This document shows, in pieces, positions 1 to 10,000 of a stretch of DNA of 64,000 bases. A program made the position numbers and the translations under genes. Every line of letters begins with the position of its first letter. The first letter of the stretch is position 1. Where the stretch lies: IMG/VR virus record IMGVR_UViG_3300019742_000001, one strand, 5' to 3'. This stretch comes from a virus (taxonomy: Duplodnaviria; Caudoviricetes). The notes under the pieces were generated by a model that worked only from the letters and a program-made list of their open reading frames with translations, ran no database searches and was not told where the DNA came from.

Positions 1-195
1 TAAATCCTTCACAGCACTTTTAATACTAGCAGTAACCTCGTTCAAAATATTACTTGGATACGATTGAGTGTTAATCCGAAAAATTAACACGCTACCATTC
101 TCTACATCTTCTTTATTAATTGAACCAACAAACTCAATAATTTCTGAGGATGCTGGTGTAGGATTTAACTTGAATTCACTTTTTTCAGTAGCCAT
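1..195 (-). CDS. hypothetical protein, truncated by window edge
   Basis: ATG at 195 next to the stop of ORF 197..562; frame reads MATEKSEFKLNPTP... and is open to position 1. Confidence 0.5.
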   Translation of the reverse strand, partial: MATEKSEFKLNPTPASSEIIEFVGSINKEDVENGSVLIFRINTQSYPSNILNEVTASIKSAVKDL

Positions 196-196
196 T

Positions 197-562
197 TTAT
201 CTCTTCTCCTGTTTTATATTTTTTAATCGTTCTTTTTCAATTTGTAATGTTTGCACAAAAGCATCTATCTGATCTTCTCCACGAAAAATAAAGGCTCCTT
301 CCACTTCAATATCTCCACGGAATAGAACCCTAAAAGCACCCTTTATTCGTCGCCATATTGTCCGTAATCGTCTATTCCATCTAGGGGTATCCCATACTTC
401 ATATACTGACCTACAACCAATCCAGACCTCTAAATAGATATCTTTACATTCTTTGTCAGTACACACCTGAAATGTAAGTGCATCATCACCCATACAAGCA
501 CAGGATGTTCTCCATACATTGTCATCACCAAGTTTACTAATTTTCTCTATTTCATTTGACAA
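197..562 (-). CDS. hypothetical protein
   Basis: 121-aa ORF, TTG start preceded by GGGG-type RBS, co-oriented with the operon. Confidence 0.65.
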   Translation of the reverse strand: MSNEIEKISKLGDDNVWRTSCACMGDDALTFQVCTDKECKDIYLEVWIGCRSVYEVWDTPRWNRRLRTIWRRIKGAFRVLFRGDIEVEGAFIFRGEDQIDAFVQTLQIEKERLKNIKQEKR

Positions 563-699
563 TTAAGTTTCCCCTTATCCGCTATTTCAATATACTCAAT
601 TATATCACCAACATAAAACTCTTCCACCCCATTGAATTGTTTAAAAAAATCATACAGTTCTCGTAGTTTTACATCTTTGATTTCATTTTCATTTGCCAA
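547..699 (-). CDS. small hypothetical protein (about 50 aa, not in ORF track)
   Basis: Manual translation: TTG at 699 after GAGGG, MANENEIKDVKLRELYDFFKQFNG..., TAG at 547-549; fills the 562-689 gap. Confidence 0.4.
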   Translation of the reverse strand: MANENEIKDVKLRELYDFFKQFNGVEEFYVGDIIEYIEIADKGKLNCQMK

Positions 700-1108
700 T
701 TAAGTTTCCCTCCAATGTCTCTTCAAACACCAAACACGGTTTCTTTAACTTATCCATTTGTTGTATCATATTCTTTGATCCAGCAGTTCCACCACAACTC
801 ATAAAGACCATTGCAATATCAGTGTATTTTGCCATATCACCATTTCTAAGATGACCTGCTCGTTTACCATGTCGATCCCAATCAGCAGGAAATTTGGTCA
901 ATTTCAAACCATACTTCTCTGCTAATTGTTCACCAATAGTATCAACACCTCTTGCTGTTCCACTTACGATTTCAGTAATCTTACCACACCATTCACATGA
1001 CGTAAACATGTCATCTATTAGTTTACACTCATCCAAGGTCATCTGAACTTTTTGGTTATTTACTGTTTTTAATCCAAGATCTCTACTACCAGCAATTATA
1101 CATTTCAT
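689..1108 (-). CDS. DUF2493/YspA-like SLOG-family protein
   Basis: Motifs IIAGSRD, IVSGTARGVD, FPADWDRHGKRAGHLRN. Confidence 0.8.
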   Translation of the reverse strand: MKCIIAGSRDLGLKTVNNQKVQMTLDECKLIDDMFTSCEWCGKITEIVSGTARGVDTIGEQLAEKYGLKLTKFPADWDRHGKRAGHLRNGDMAKYTDIAMVFMSCGGTAGSKNMIQQMDKLKKPCLVFEETLEGNLIGK

Positions 1109-1392
1109 ATTTCAAATAGATCCTTATCTTCTTTAAAATGGTCATCTGATGTCGTAATAGGTAAAGGTAAACCACTATCAATATCGTCATATATGGCATG
1201 AAACCAACCACCAGATCTAAATGGTGATGTTTCAGGTAAACCAAAATCTGACATACCACCACACTCAAGAACTACCTCCCTACAAGGATTTTCTCCAACA
1301 TTGATAATTTCCCCATCATTATCAACAATATACATTTTTCCGTCAAACATTTTTCCGTCAAAAGTATTGAAATACCTATCACCCGCCATCAT
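1105..1392 (-). CDS. hypothetical protein ending HFKEDKDLFEI
   Basis: 95-aa ORF with ATGA overlaps at both ends. Confidence 0.7.
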   Translation of the reverse strand: MMAGDRYFNTFDGKMFDGKMYIVDNDGEIINVGENPCREVVLECGGMSDFGLPETSPFRSGGWFHAIYDDIDSGLPLPITTSDDHFKEDKDLFEI

Positions 1393-1583
1393 ATCTGAAA
1401 TAGATCCTCTTCATCTTCAAAATGTTCTGGTACAATAGGTTCTTCTGGTATTGTTGATTTCTGACCAAACATACCTGACAATACATCACCAGAAATTGGT
1501 TGTACTGAAGTAATTTCTGTCATAATAGTTGGATACATATCATACAAGTGATCTGTTCCATAAAGATCAAACTCGTCCATCAC
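1389..1583 (-). CDS. hypothetical protein ending HFEDEEDLFQI
   Basis: 64-aa ORF, ATGA-coupled to gp46. Confidence 0.65.
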   Translation of the reverse strand: MMDEFDLYGTDHLYDMYPTIMTEITSVQPISGDVLSGMFGQKSTIPEEPIVPEHFEDEEDLFQI

Positions 1584-3820
1584 ACCACCTCTATTGTACT
1601 GAAACCATCTTCCTTCGTAACTTTGTATGTCCCATCAACACCAAAGTCAGCAACTTCTTCTCTATGTGACACAACAAACACCTTCAAATTATCTTCTCGT
1701 TGTTTCATTCGGATAATATCAAATGTCTTTTCAATACCATGTGAATCAATGGAACTATCCAACAACTCATCCAACACTAGGATGTCAAGATAGGAACCAG
1801 CTTGTCGCCTCGCCACATCCATCATGGCGAACTTTAATGCCAAATCTATAGACTTACCCTCTCCACCTGACATATTACCAAACTCACAGTCTCCTACTCC
1901 ATATCCCTTGATTGTTCCATCTAACCATGCATCAAGCTCAATGTAATAATTATGACCTGTTTCACTCAGATAATGATTCGTCTGTTGTTGTAGGAAAGGA
2001 ATTATATTACCGATAGCATATTGTTTGACATTAGTATCTTTCAATGTCTCTTTAATATACTCAAGGTAATCCTTCATCACATTCAATTTCTTTGTTTCAC
2101 CATTAAATACAGATACTTCTGACTCTAATTGTGTCTTTGTTGTGACATTAGTTTCGTATTCAAGTTCAATCCTATCACAAATTTCCTTCTGACTGTTATA
2201 AATTCGTGTTTCTGTTTCAAACTTGGTCGTTAATCGTTCTTTATCTCTCTGTAGATCCTTGTACTGATCATACATTGACTGTTTCTCATCAATCACACTC
2301 TGAACAATACTAATATCAGATTCAATTACATACTTGTCATTGTCCAATTCTTCAAGTTCTTTTTCAATCTCTGGTATCTCAACGAATTTTATACCTTCAA
2401 TTCGCTTGTCGTTCTCATCAAATTCTTTCTGTTTCTCTTCCACACCAGAAAGGGCAACAAGATGTTTCTCAAGTTGTCGTTTCTTAACAATCTTTTCATT
2501 GATTGTTTTTAACGACACCTCAAACTCTTCTCTATCATTCTTGTTCGTTGCGATCAAATCTTCCAATTCACCACGATTTACCTTAACCAAATTGATCTGT
2601 TCGGTTAGTTCTCCAACCAATTTGTCGATGTGGTCTTTGATGTGTTCAGGATCAACCTCTTGAAAACAGGTGGGACATGTTGTCTCTTCGGTTACAGTAT
2701 GATCTGTCCATTTAGACAACTCCTTCTCCAATCGTGACATTTCATTGGTAAATGTCACATACTCACCCATCAACTTACTACCTGTTTCTTTCAAAACATC
2801 AATGTTTTCAGTCAGTTCTGTTGACATATTTTCAATATTGTCAAGTTTTTCAAGAACCTTTTGGATCTTAACCAACTTCTCACGCTGTTCTGTAAGGTCA
2901 CCAATGGTTTCATTACGTTTCTCTAATGATGTGATCTCACCCTGTAACAGACTTATTTTTTGTGTCACCTGACCTATTTTTGTAGTCAGTTCTGTTTTTT
3001 TATCCATCAACCCTTGTCGTTCGGTCTTTTTATCACCAATCTGACTCTCAAGTATCGGACCCTCTGTGAATAACTGCTCGTTATCTACATTCAACTGACA
3101 CAATTTCAGATTCGCTTCGTCTACAGAGTTCTTATATTCAGACATGTTTGGGACAACACTCTCTGAGATTATCATTTCAAGTTCTTCTACACGTTTTTGT
3201 TTGAACCCGATCTCCATATCAATCTCAGATAATCGTTTTGTCACACCACCAAGTTTTGTGTTGGTATGTTCTGTCATCTTAGAATAAATCTCAAGATTAA
3301 AGAATTTTTCAATGAACTTTCGTTTTTCTGCTTTAGGTGTATTGAAGATAGACACCATATTATTAGCATTCTGAAACAAGATTGCTTGAGCCGCCTTGAA
3401 GTCCATACCTATAAGGTCGTGTTCCAGTTCCATTTGAAACACACGTTTATCTGACAATTTTGGAACTGGAACACCATCTTTAACAAGTTCTAATATTCCC
3501 GGTTTAATACCTCGGTGGATCATATATGAAATTCCATCCTTCTCAAAATGAAACTTCACTTCACACTGTTTACCATTCTTCCAATTTATGATTTTTGGTA
3601 GAGGAACGCCTTTACTGGTCTGACCAAACAATGCAAAAGGTATGGCTTCAAGAAAACTTGTCTTTCCTGCACCATTTGAACGGTCTTTGTCCTTATCGTG
3701 ACCTAAGACTAAGTTAACCCCTTCTTCCAGATTGATCGTTTGCCATTGACCCCCATAAGAGAAAAAGTTCTTTAATTCCAACTTCTTACATATAATTTTA
3801 CTCATTTGTTTCTCCATCAC
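1580..3820 (-). CDS. 46: recombination endonuclease ATPase subunit (gp46, SbcC/Rad50-like)
   Basis: LKNFFSYG, Walker A SNGAGKTS, long coiled coil, zinc hook CPTC, signature MSGGE, Walker B LVLDE, VVSH. Confidence 0.95.
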   Translation of the reverse strand: MMEKQMSKIICKKLELKNFFSYGGQWQTINLEEGVNLVLGHDKDKDRSNGAGKTSFLEAIPFALFGQTSKGVPLPKIINWKNGKQCEVKFHFEKDGISYMIHRGIKPGILELVKDGVPVPKLSDKRVFQMELEHDLIGMDFKAAQAILFQNANNMVSIFNTPKAEKRKFIEKFFNLEIYSKMTEHTNTKLGGVTKRLSEIDMEIGFKQKRVEELEMIISESVVPNMSEYKNSVDEANLKLCQLNVDNEQLFTEGPILESQIGDKKTERQGLMDKKTELTTKIGQVTQKISLLQGEITSLEKRNETIGDLTEQREKLVKIQKVLEKLDNIENMSTELTENIDVLKETGSKLMGEYVTFTNEMSRLEKELSKWTDHTVTEETTCPTCFQEVDPEHIKDHIDKLVGELTEQINLVKVNRGELEDLIATNKNDREEFEVSLKTINEKIVKKRQLEKHLVALSGVEEKQKEFDENDKRIEGIKFVEIPEIEKELEELDNDKYVIESDISIVQSVIDEKQSMYDQYKDLQRDKERLTTKFETETRIYNSQKEICDRIELEYETNVTTKTQLESEVSVFNGETKKLNVMKDYLEYIKETLKDTNVKQYAIGNIIPFLQQQTNHYLSETGHNYYIELDAWLDGTIKGYGVGDCEFGNMSGGEGKSIDLALKFAMMDVARRQAGSYLDILVLDELLDSSIDSHGIEKTFDIIRMKQREDNLKVFVVSHREEVADFGVDGTYKVTKEDGFSTIEVV

Positions 3821-3974
3821 CGTAAAGATACGATTTTATCTCATTAACCACATCATGTCCTTTGTGACCAATCGAATATCGGTGTTTACCACTCATATCC
3901 AAATGCACTACTTTAAGACACAAATCAAGTTTTCGTAACAACCTTTCAGCTTCAGACTCTCTATCAATCATCAT
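3798..3974 (-). CDS. small hypothetical protein
   Basis: Likely start ATGATG at 3974, next to the upstream stop; the track ORF extends to 4043. Confidence 0.5.
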   Translation of the reverse strand: MMIDRESEAERLLRKLDLCLKVVHLDMSGKHRYSIGHKGHDVVNEIKSYLYGDGETNE

Positions 3975-4290
3975 CCCCACCTGAATATGGTTGTATTGAA
4001 CGAATCTCAATAGCCTTAATTTGTTCAGAATCAAGATTACCATCTTCGTCTTCGTAATCTAACAACTTCCTACTGGTAGTAGCGTCAGCAATAAGTTTGT
4101 CAGCAGACATCTTAATATAAGAATGTACCTTATACTCATTACTCTCAACAAAATCATCCAATGTTCTACGATAAACTTCTGTCCAATGTTCTGGACATAA
4201 ATGATAAACTCTGTCAATCACTTCTCCCTTTGTAAAAACCTCACATTGAACACCTTCGGTAATACCACAAACATCACATTTATCTTCCAT
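3964..4290 (-). CDS. hypothetical protein with putative Zn-binding CxxC/CxxH
   Basis: CDVCG...HLCPEHW; AGGAG RBS. Confidence 0.65.
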   Translation of the reverse strand: MEDKCDVCGITEGVQCEVFTKGEVIDRVYHLCPEHWTEVYRRTLDDFVESNEYKVHSYIKMSADKLIADATTSRKLLDYEDEDGNLDSEQIKAIEIRSIQPYSGGDDD

Positions 4291-4299
4291 TTTATCTCC

Positions 4300-4815
4300 T
4301 TAGTCTATCTCAAATATTTTTTCATCAAAATGTTGTACTGGTTTCTTTTCTTCTACAAGTTCTTTTATATCTACATTTGGTGGTGTTCGTATAATAAGAC
4401 TTTCCATATGATGCATTGATTCATAATAATCTCTTCCATCCATCGATCTTGTGTTCAACCGTGAGTAAAATTCTTCACCTTCTGATACTCCAAACATACC
4501 ACTCATATCAGTGCCTTGTAACACCTGAAAATAACTTATGAATCTATTGTAATACCCAAACGATCTTCCACCTCTTTCATACTCTTCCACCCAATACATT
4601 GTAACCAAACGATGTGATTCAAATACTATCTGATCTACAACATAATCAGTCGATCCATAATTCAAACCAGAAGCATAATTCATTGTCATTGGTTGTGCCA
4701 CCCGAACCGCATGGTAATCATCCCTCAATCTTTCATTCAAATCCGTATCATAAGGTCCACGAATCTCCTGTTTTGGTAGACTTGTGTTTTGGTGTTGTAC
4801 TATATAGGTTTTCAT
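4300..4815 (-). CDS. hypothetical protein ending HFDEKIFEID
   Basis: 171-aa ORF, ATGA-coupled. Confidence 0.7.
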   Translation of the reverse strand: MKTYIVQHQNTSLPKQEIRGPYDTDLNERLRDDYHAVRVAQPMTMNYASGLNYGSTDYVVDQIVFESHRLVTMYWVEEYERGGRSFGYYNRFISYFQVLQGTDMSGMFGVSEGEEFYSRLNTRSMDGRDYYESMHHMESLIIRTPPNVDIKELVEEKKPVQHFDEKIFEID

Positions 4816-5183
4816 ATACTAAATAACTCGTCATCAAAGTGTGTTTTCGGTTTAGGATATACAACAAAGTTCGGTGGATAATCCACAATATGATCTATAC
4901 TAAAGACCAGATGCCACTTAGGATAGAAATAGTCATAATCAACATCACAACTCTTCAAATAACATCCTTTGTATTTCTTCGTATCAAATTTATTTCGACC
5001 AATATCAGATATAAAATCTTCCAATTTATAACCAAAATCATTTTCCCCAACAACTAACACACCCTCTATGACACGATTTGTTGTTACATCATATCGAAAA
5101 CTTAATGTTGATATTTGGGTAGTTTCTTGGTGTATATTTACCTCCAAATAATCATCAATATAATCTGATATATCGTTACCCAT
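4812..5183 (-). CDS. hypothetical protein ending HFDDELFSI
   Basis: 123-aa ORF overlapping the gp47 stop. Confidence 0.7.
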   Translation of the reverse strand: MGNDISDYIDDYLEVNIHQETTQISTLSFRYDVTTNRVIEGVLVVGENDFGYKLEDFISDIGRNKFDTKKYKGCYLKSCDVDYDYFYPKWHLVFSIDHIVDYPPNFVVYPKPKTHFDDELFSI

Positions 5184-6207
5184 CTATTTCCTCATACAAC
5201 TGATCAATGATTTTATCTAATACCACCCTCTTTAAATGTTGAGGAATCTCTCCATTCTTAACAAAATCCTTATGGATCTCAACAGGTCCCATTAATTCAA
5301 CACTATCATCTACATTATCACCTGTCATAGAATGTGTAAACTTATATTCTACAAATAATTGATGTGGTTCGGTATTCTGTGCATCATGAATTATTTGGTT
5401 GTTGATAGTTGTTCCGAAATCTTCTTCAAAAACTATCTTAACAACTTGACCTTTGAATTCTTCACCAAAAACATAGTCTGGCACAGCAACCCATTGAAAG
5501 AACTTAGGGTATCCGTTCCATTCAATGAATTCAAGTTCTCCTGTTTCACCATCAAATACATAGAACCCACGTGTACCATTGTCATTGAATGTCATATGAT
5601 ACGGGGCACCTAAGTATTGAACATTGTTGGGGTAATCACCTTTTGTATGGAAGTGTCCAGAAAATGTCTTCTTGAATTTTGAGAAGTCACTATTAGACCA
5701 TTCACCATCAGATACTACCTGACCTGATTGGTTCATTGCAGCACCATTAATCTCCCAATGACCAAGACAATACTCGGCTGTAGAATCTTTCATCCGTTGT
5801 TTGTAACCTTGAACAACATCTTCGTCTTCAATCATCCAAGGCACAAGTAGACAGTTATTAACCTGTGTTGGTTCATCTACAACAATTATATTATCCATTG
5901 ATCCAAAAACTTGATTTGAATTGGGCAGGTATCGGTCTTTGTAGAAAATGTCATGGTTACCTAATATCATGTAACTACAATCAAATCTCTTCTGTAAGGT
6001 TGAACCGATTCTTCGTGCATAGAATAATGTCTTTAGTGACATATTCTTTCGATTATCAAAGAAATCACCAAGGTGGATCAGTTCTTTGATTTCGTTCTCT
6101 TCGGCATAATCAGCGATATCCTCAAACAATTGGTTGACTGTTTCAAGATAAAAATCATTGGCTTTTTTTATACCTAAATGTGTGTCTGTTACTAAAATAT
6201 ATTTCAC
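5176..6207 (-). CDS. 47: recombination endonuclease nuclease subunit (gp47, SbcD/Mre11-like)
   Basis: Metallophosphoesterase motifs TDTHLG, HLGDFFD, LGNHD, SGHFH; GTG start with GGAG. Confidence 0.95.
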   Translation of the reverse strand: MKYILVTDTHLGIKKANDFYLETVNQLFEDIADYAEENEIKELIHLGDFFDNRKNMSLKTLFYARRIGSTLQKRFDCSYMILGNHDIFYKDRYLPNSNQVFGSMDNIIVVDEPTQVNNCLLVPWMIEDEDVVQGYKQRMKDSTAEYCLGHWEINGAAMNQSGQVVSDGEWSNSDFSKFKKTFSGHFHTKGDYPNNVQYLGAPYHMTFNDNGTRGFYVFDGETGELEFIEWNGYPKFFQWVAVPDYVFGEEFKGQVVKIVFEEDFGTTINNQIIHDAQNTEPHQLFVEYKFTHSMTGDNVDDSVELMGPVEIHKDFVKNGEIPQHLKRVVLDKIIDQLYEEIDG

Positions 6208-6215
6208 AAATAAAA

Positions 6216-6247
6216 ACTCCCTGTATAGATTATTCCATACAAGGAGT
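6216..6247 (-). terminator. hairpin/terminator that includes the gp47 RBS
   Basis: Minus strand ACTCCTTGTAT-N10-ATACAGGGAGT followed by TTTT; 11-bp stem with one G-U pair. Confidence 0.6.
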
Positions 6248-6274
6248 ATATTACATTATATTGTATATGTAAAC
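6245..6274 (-). promoter_or_regulatory. sigma70/T4-early-type promoter for gp47-gp46
   Basis: GTTTACA-N17-TATACT on the minus strand. Confidence 0.65.
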
Positions 6275-6275
6275 T

Positions 6276-7013
6276 TTACAGAACAGGACTATCACTGTGA
6301 AATGACATCGTAAGATTTTCTATAACTATAGACAAACCACCATTCACACGAACATTCATCTTGAACTTATCACCAACTTCAACTACGTATCTGAACGATG
6401 ACGAAAAATATCCAACAGTTAACCCCTCAAACTCACGATAACTTCTTGATTCCTCTATAACATTATATGTCAACCCACCATCTTTGGAAACTTTTATCCC
6501 AATTTCCATTATCTCTCCAGCAGGGGAACCATCAGCAGCAACAGAAATCCCCCAATTAAGTGTGTGACTTTTAGGATAATCAATATCATACGAAAACACT
6601 TTTGTCGTATCGTCATATGACCACCCACAGTCACTTCTTGCATAATAACTTAAAGCGAAATCAAGGTCTTGAAATGTATCAGCAGGGTCAGCAAAGGTTC
6701 TACTTCTGGGACTTGACACCGTAACTTTTTTGTCATCCAAGTCAGTTACAATCGTAGTCTCGGTTGTTGTAATTGTGTCTCCGGGATTTGTTACTGTAGT
6801 TATTGTTGCTACCGTGTAATCACCATCATTAGTACCAACTCCATCATCAACCCTCACGGATATAGTTTCACCAACATCAAAATACTCATTAAAATCAACC
6901 TTCCCACCAGATGTTATGGTGCTAGTTGATGTAAATGAAATGTCATCAGATGTTATCATTCTTAATCTTGCCTGTATACAAAAATTCTTATATATATCAG
7001 ATAGTAATGTCAT
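6276..7013 (-). CDS. putative virion protein, possible C-terminal jelly-roll (C1q-like) domain
   Basis: Thr/Asp-rich beta-type sequence downstream of a fibre gene; fold call is by eye. Confidence 0.45.
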   Translation of the reverse strand: MTLLSDIYKNFCIQARLRMITSDDISFTSTSTITSGGKVDFNEYFDVGETISVRVDDGVGTNDGDYTVATITTVTNPGDTITTTETTIVTDLDDKKVTVSSPRSRTFADPADTFQDLDFALSYYARSDCGWSYDDTTKVFSYDIDYPKSHTLNWGISVAADGSPAGEIMEIGIKVSKDGGLTYNVIEESRSYREFEGLTVGYFSSSFRYVVEVGDKFKMNVRVNGGLSIVIENLTMSFHSDSPVL

Positions 7014-7025
7014 TATTATTCTCCA

Positions 7026-10000
7026 TTAATTTACCTTTATTCTCCATCCATAAGTCTCGTCAACATACACCATCGTAACTTGTCCAGAACTTATATTAAT
7101 AATCATGTCTTGTGAAGTAACACCCTCAATAGTAAGTGTGTTTGCTCCACCAGCACCCTGAATAGTGATGTTGTTTATAGATGATTGTTTCATATAATCA
7201 TCTACCACAATTGTATCACCGATAACAGGTGTTGATCCTAGAACCAATGTGACTGGACCTGCCGTGGCATCAACAAAATATGATTTATTGAATTCCAAAT
7301 CACCAGACACCCAAACTTCCCATACATCACTTGGCTGTGCCGACTCAGTTATTTGGGTTATATGACCCCATTTATCAAAAGTTATACCAGAAATCACATT
7401 TCCTATAGACACTGTAAAATCATCATCATATAACGCAACAGGTGTTGTTGGTGAAATATGATGTGAGAATTTTAATTTCTCATTTATTGGATTATGGAAT
7501 ATCAATTCCGTAGTACCCAAATCGGTTGTTCCAGTTCCAGAAACAGTAAATGATGCCTTTGTTGCCTCTGTTAGTGTGTATTCAGTTAATGCATATCCTG
7601 TACCGAAATCACCATCATAAAAATCAAACCCCTTGATTGTTCCTGTAATGTAAGGTCTTAATGTGAACGTACCAACTACACCACTAATTGAAGTTACATC
7701 ATATGCAACTGAATACCCTAAACCAACAACAGCACTAACTTGTTGTATACTTGTTATAACATCGGATACAACGGTAACCGACCACACGGATCTATTTAAA
7801 TCTGGTACATTACCATTAACTATAAATTCGTATGTACCATCAGTAGTCCCAGAAAGTGTTTGGTCTATTATCTGAAAGTATGACACATTACCTTGAACAG
7901 AAGATACACGAATGTCAACACTAGACCCAGCACCATCATTAGGTGGATACATCACTGTTTCTGTGATACTTTGACCACCTGTACCACTTACATCAAATAC
8001 ATCAGTATCAAATGTTGATGGTGTCCATGTATCACCACTTGTATCAAATACAAAGAAACCAACTCCACCATCAACAACCTCAACTCTTGAAATCAAACCA
8101 TAGAGTTCTGTTGTCTTATCAACATCAACCCCTGTGTCAACACCATTACAAATAGAGGTTGTTGTCAATAAATCATTTGTCTCAATTTTCGTATCAAAAT
8201 ATTCAAGTAAACCATCGCCACTTGATACACAAAATCGTTTAAAGTTTGAGTCAACATAATCTTTGTTTACCAATAAATTACCAGTTGACTCAATGAATGG
8301 ATCTAATTCGGATATTGGTTGGTAATATTGATCCGAATTCATTGAGTGTCTACCATAAATATCAACGTAGTCTAGTAGTTCGACAGAAGACTGTGATGAA
8401 ACTACACTGTCAACATACTGTTTAGTTGTTAAATCCCATAGATCAGAAGGTGATCCATCAGGGACGATACCATTATTTGATACTCTTGGAAAATACGAAG
8501 TTATGTCAAAGGGACGTCTACCATCAACATGACTATATTGTGTGTGGTCATCACCATCCAATCCATCCAAATCTGAATGGTATGTAGAAGGAATCAAACT
8601 ATCAACATAACCTTTAGTTGTTAATATATCATCGGTGTCACTATCTACTGTCGCAACACCACCAATTTTACCAGTAAATGATCTGGTACCATCAACTAAT
8701 ATATATTGTGTGTGGTCATCAACAGATAGTCCTGATAACTCACCGTGGTCAATTGAACCACCCAATAATAAACTAGAAACATACTCAACTGTTACCAGAT
8801 GATATGACTCAGAAGGTCCAATGTCAGGATCGCCATCAGTACTTGCTACTTGTGGCATACCTGTAAACGCAATAGAACCATCTTTTACAATATGAATGTC
8901 AGTGACATCAGTTATTACTGATTCAATATATGTCTTTGTTACAAAATCATCACCAATCGCAGAATCAACAATAGTTCCGTTGTCATACCCTATTGGTTGT
9001 GTGAAATTTCTAGTACCGTCAACCAAAATATATTGGGTGTGGTCATCATCACCTAATCCATCAAATCCACCATGATCATTGTTATCCGAAACTACACCAT
9101 CAACATATTTCTTTGATGTTATGTGATATGGTAGTGTTGGTGTGATATCAGGGACACCACCTGTATTAACAAATCCCGGAATACCTGTGAATAAAATCGT
9201 GGCATCTTTCCTTATATGAACATTTGTGGCTTTGTTTAATATCTCAGTATCTACATAATTTTTGGTTGTCAAATGACTTGAACTAACGGGATCAACCCCA
9301 CCGATAGCACCAGTAAATGGTCGTGTTCCATCAATAAAAATATAGTCAGTGTGAATACGAGACTCTGCCGCTCCTACCAAGGAATCATGTTCCTCTGTCT
9401 CCCCAACTAACGAATCAACATATTTCTTTGTTGTTAGATTCCAATCATCAGAAGGTATTACATCAGGAACCCCACCTGTATTTGTAACAGAAGGTAATGA
9501 TGTGAATAGTGTTGATCCATCACGAACAATAATATCTTCTGATAATTTACCACCAATATAGTTAGCATTTAGTCCTGTACACATAGTCGTACTAGAAACT
9601 GTTATTGGTGCCGTTCCTGTACTAACTATTGACGTTATCGGTTCGTTTGTATATAATTCTTTTGTTAGAGTAATTTTTGTTGATCCAATAGAAATATCAA
9701 TCGATCCTGATTCATATCCTATTTGTAGACCCGACCCATTACCAACGACATCATTAACCAATATTTTATTTCCAGACTCTATTACAACGTCTTCCATAAA
9801 ATGTGACTGTGACACCATTAACCAACGACCTGTTGTGACAACATCATCAGGTACTATTACTGTTGGATAATCCTCTGATAAACTTGAGCTACTACTATAT
9901 TTGTAAAAGTGTATTGATTTCAGTGTGTTATCCATAGCAATAGCAATATCACCATCAGTTATAACAGAAATACTAATATCATCTAACGCACCTGATGACC

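Noticed and set aside
1333-1362. 15-bp tandem duplication (FDGKM twice)
   Set aside because: Real but most simply a single in-frame slippage event with no sign of function
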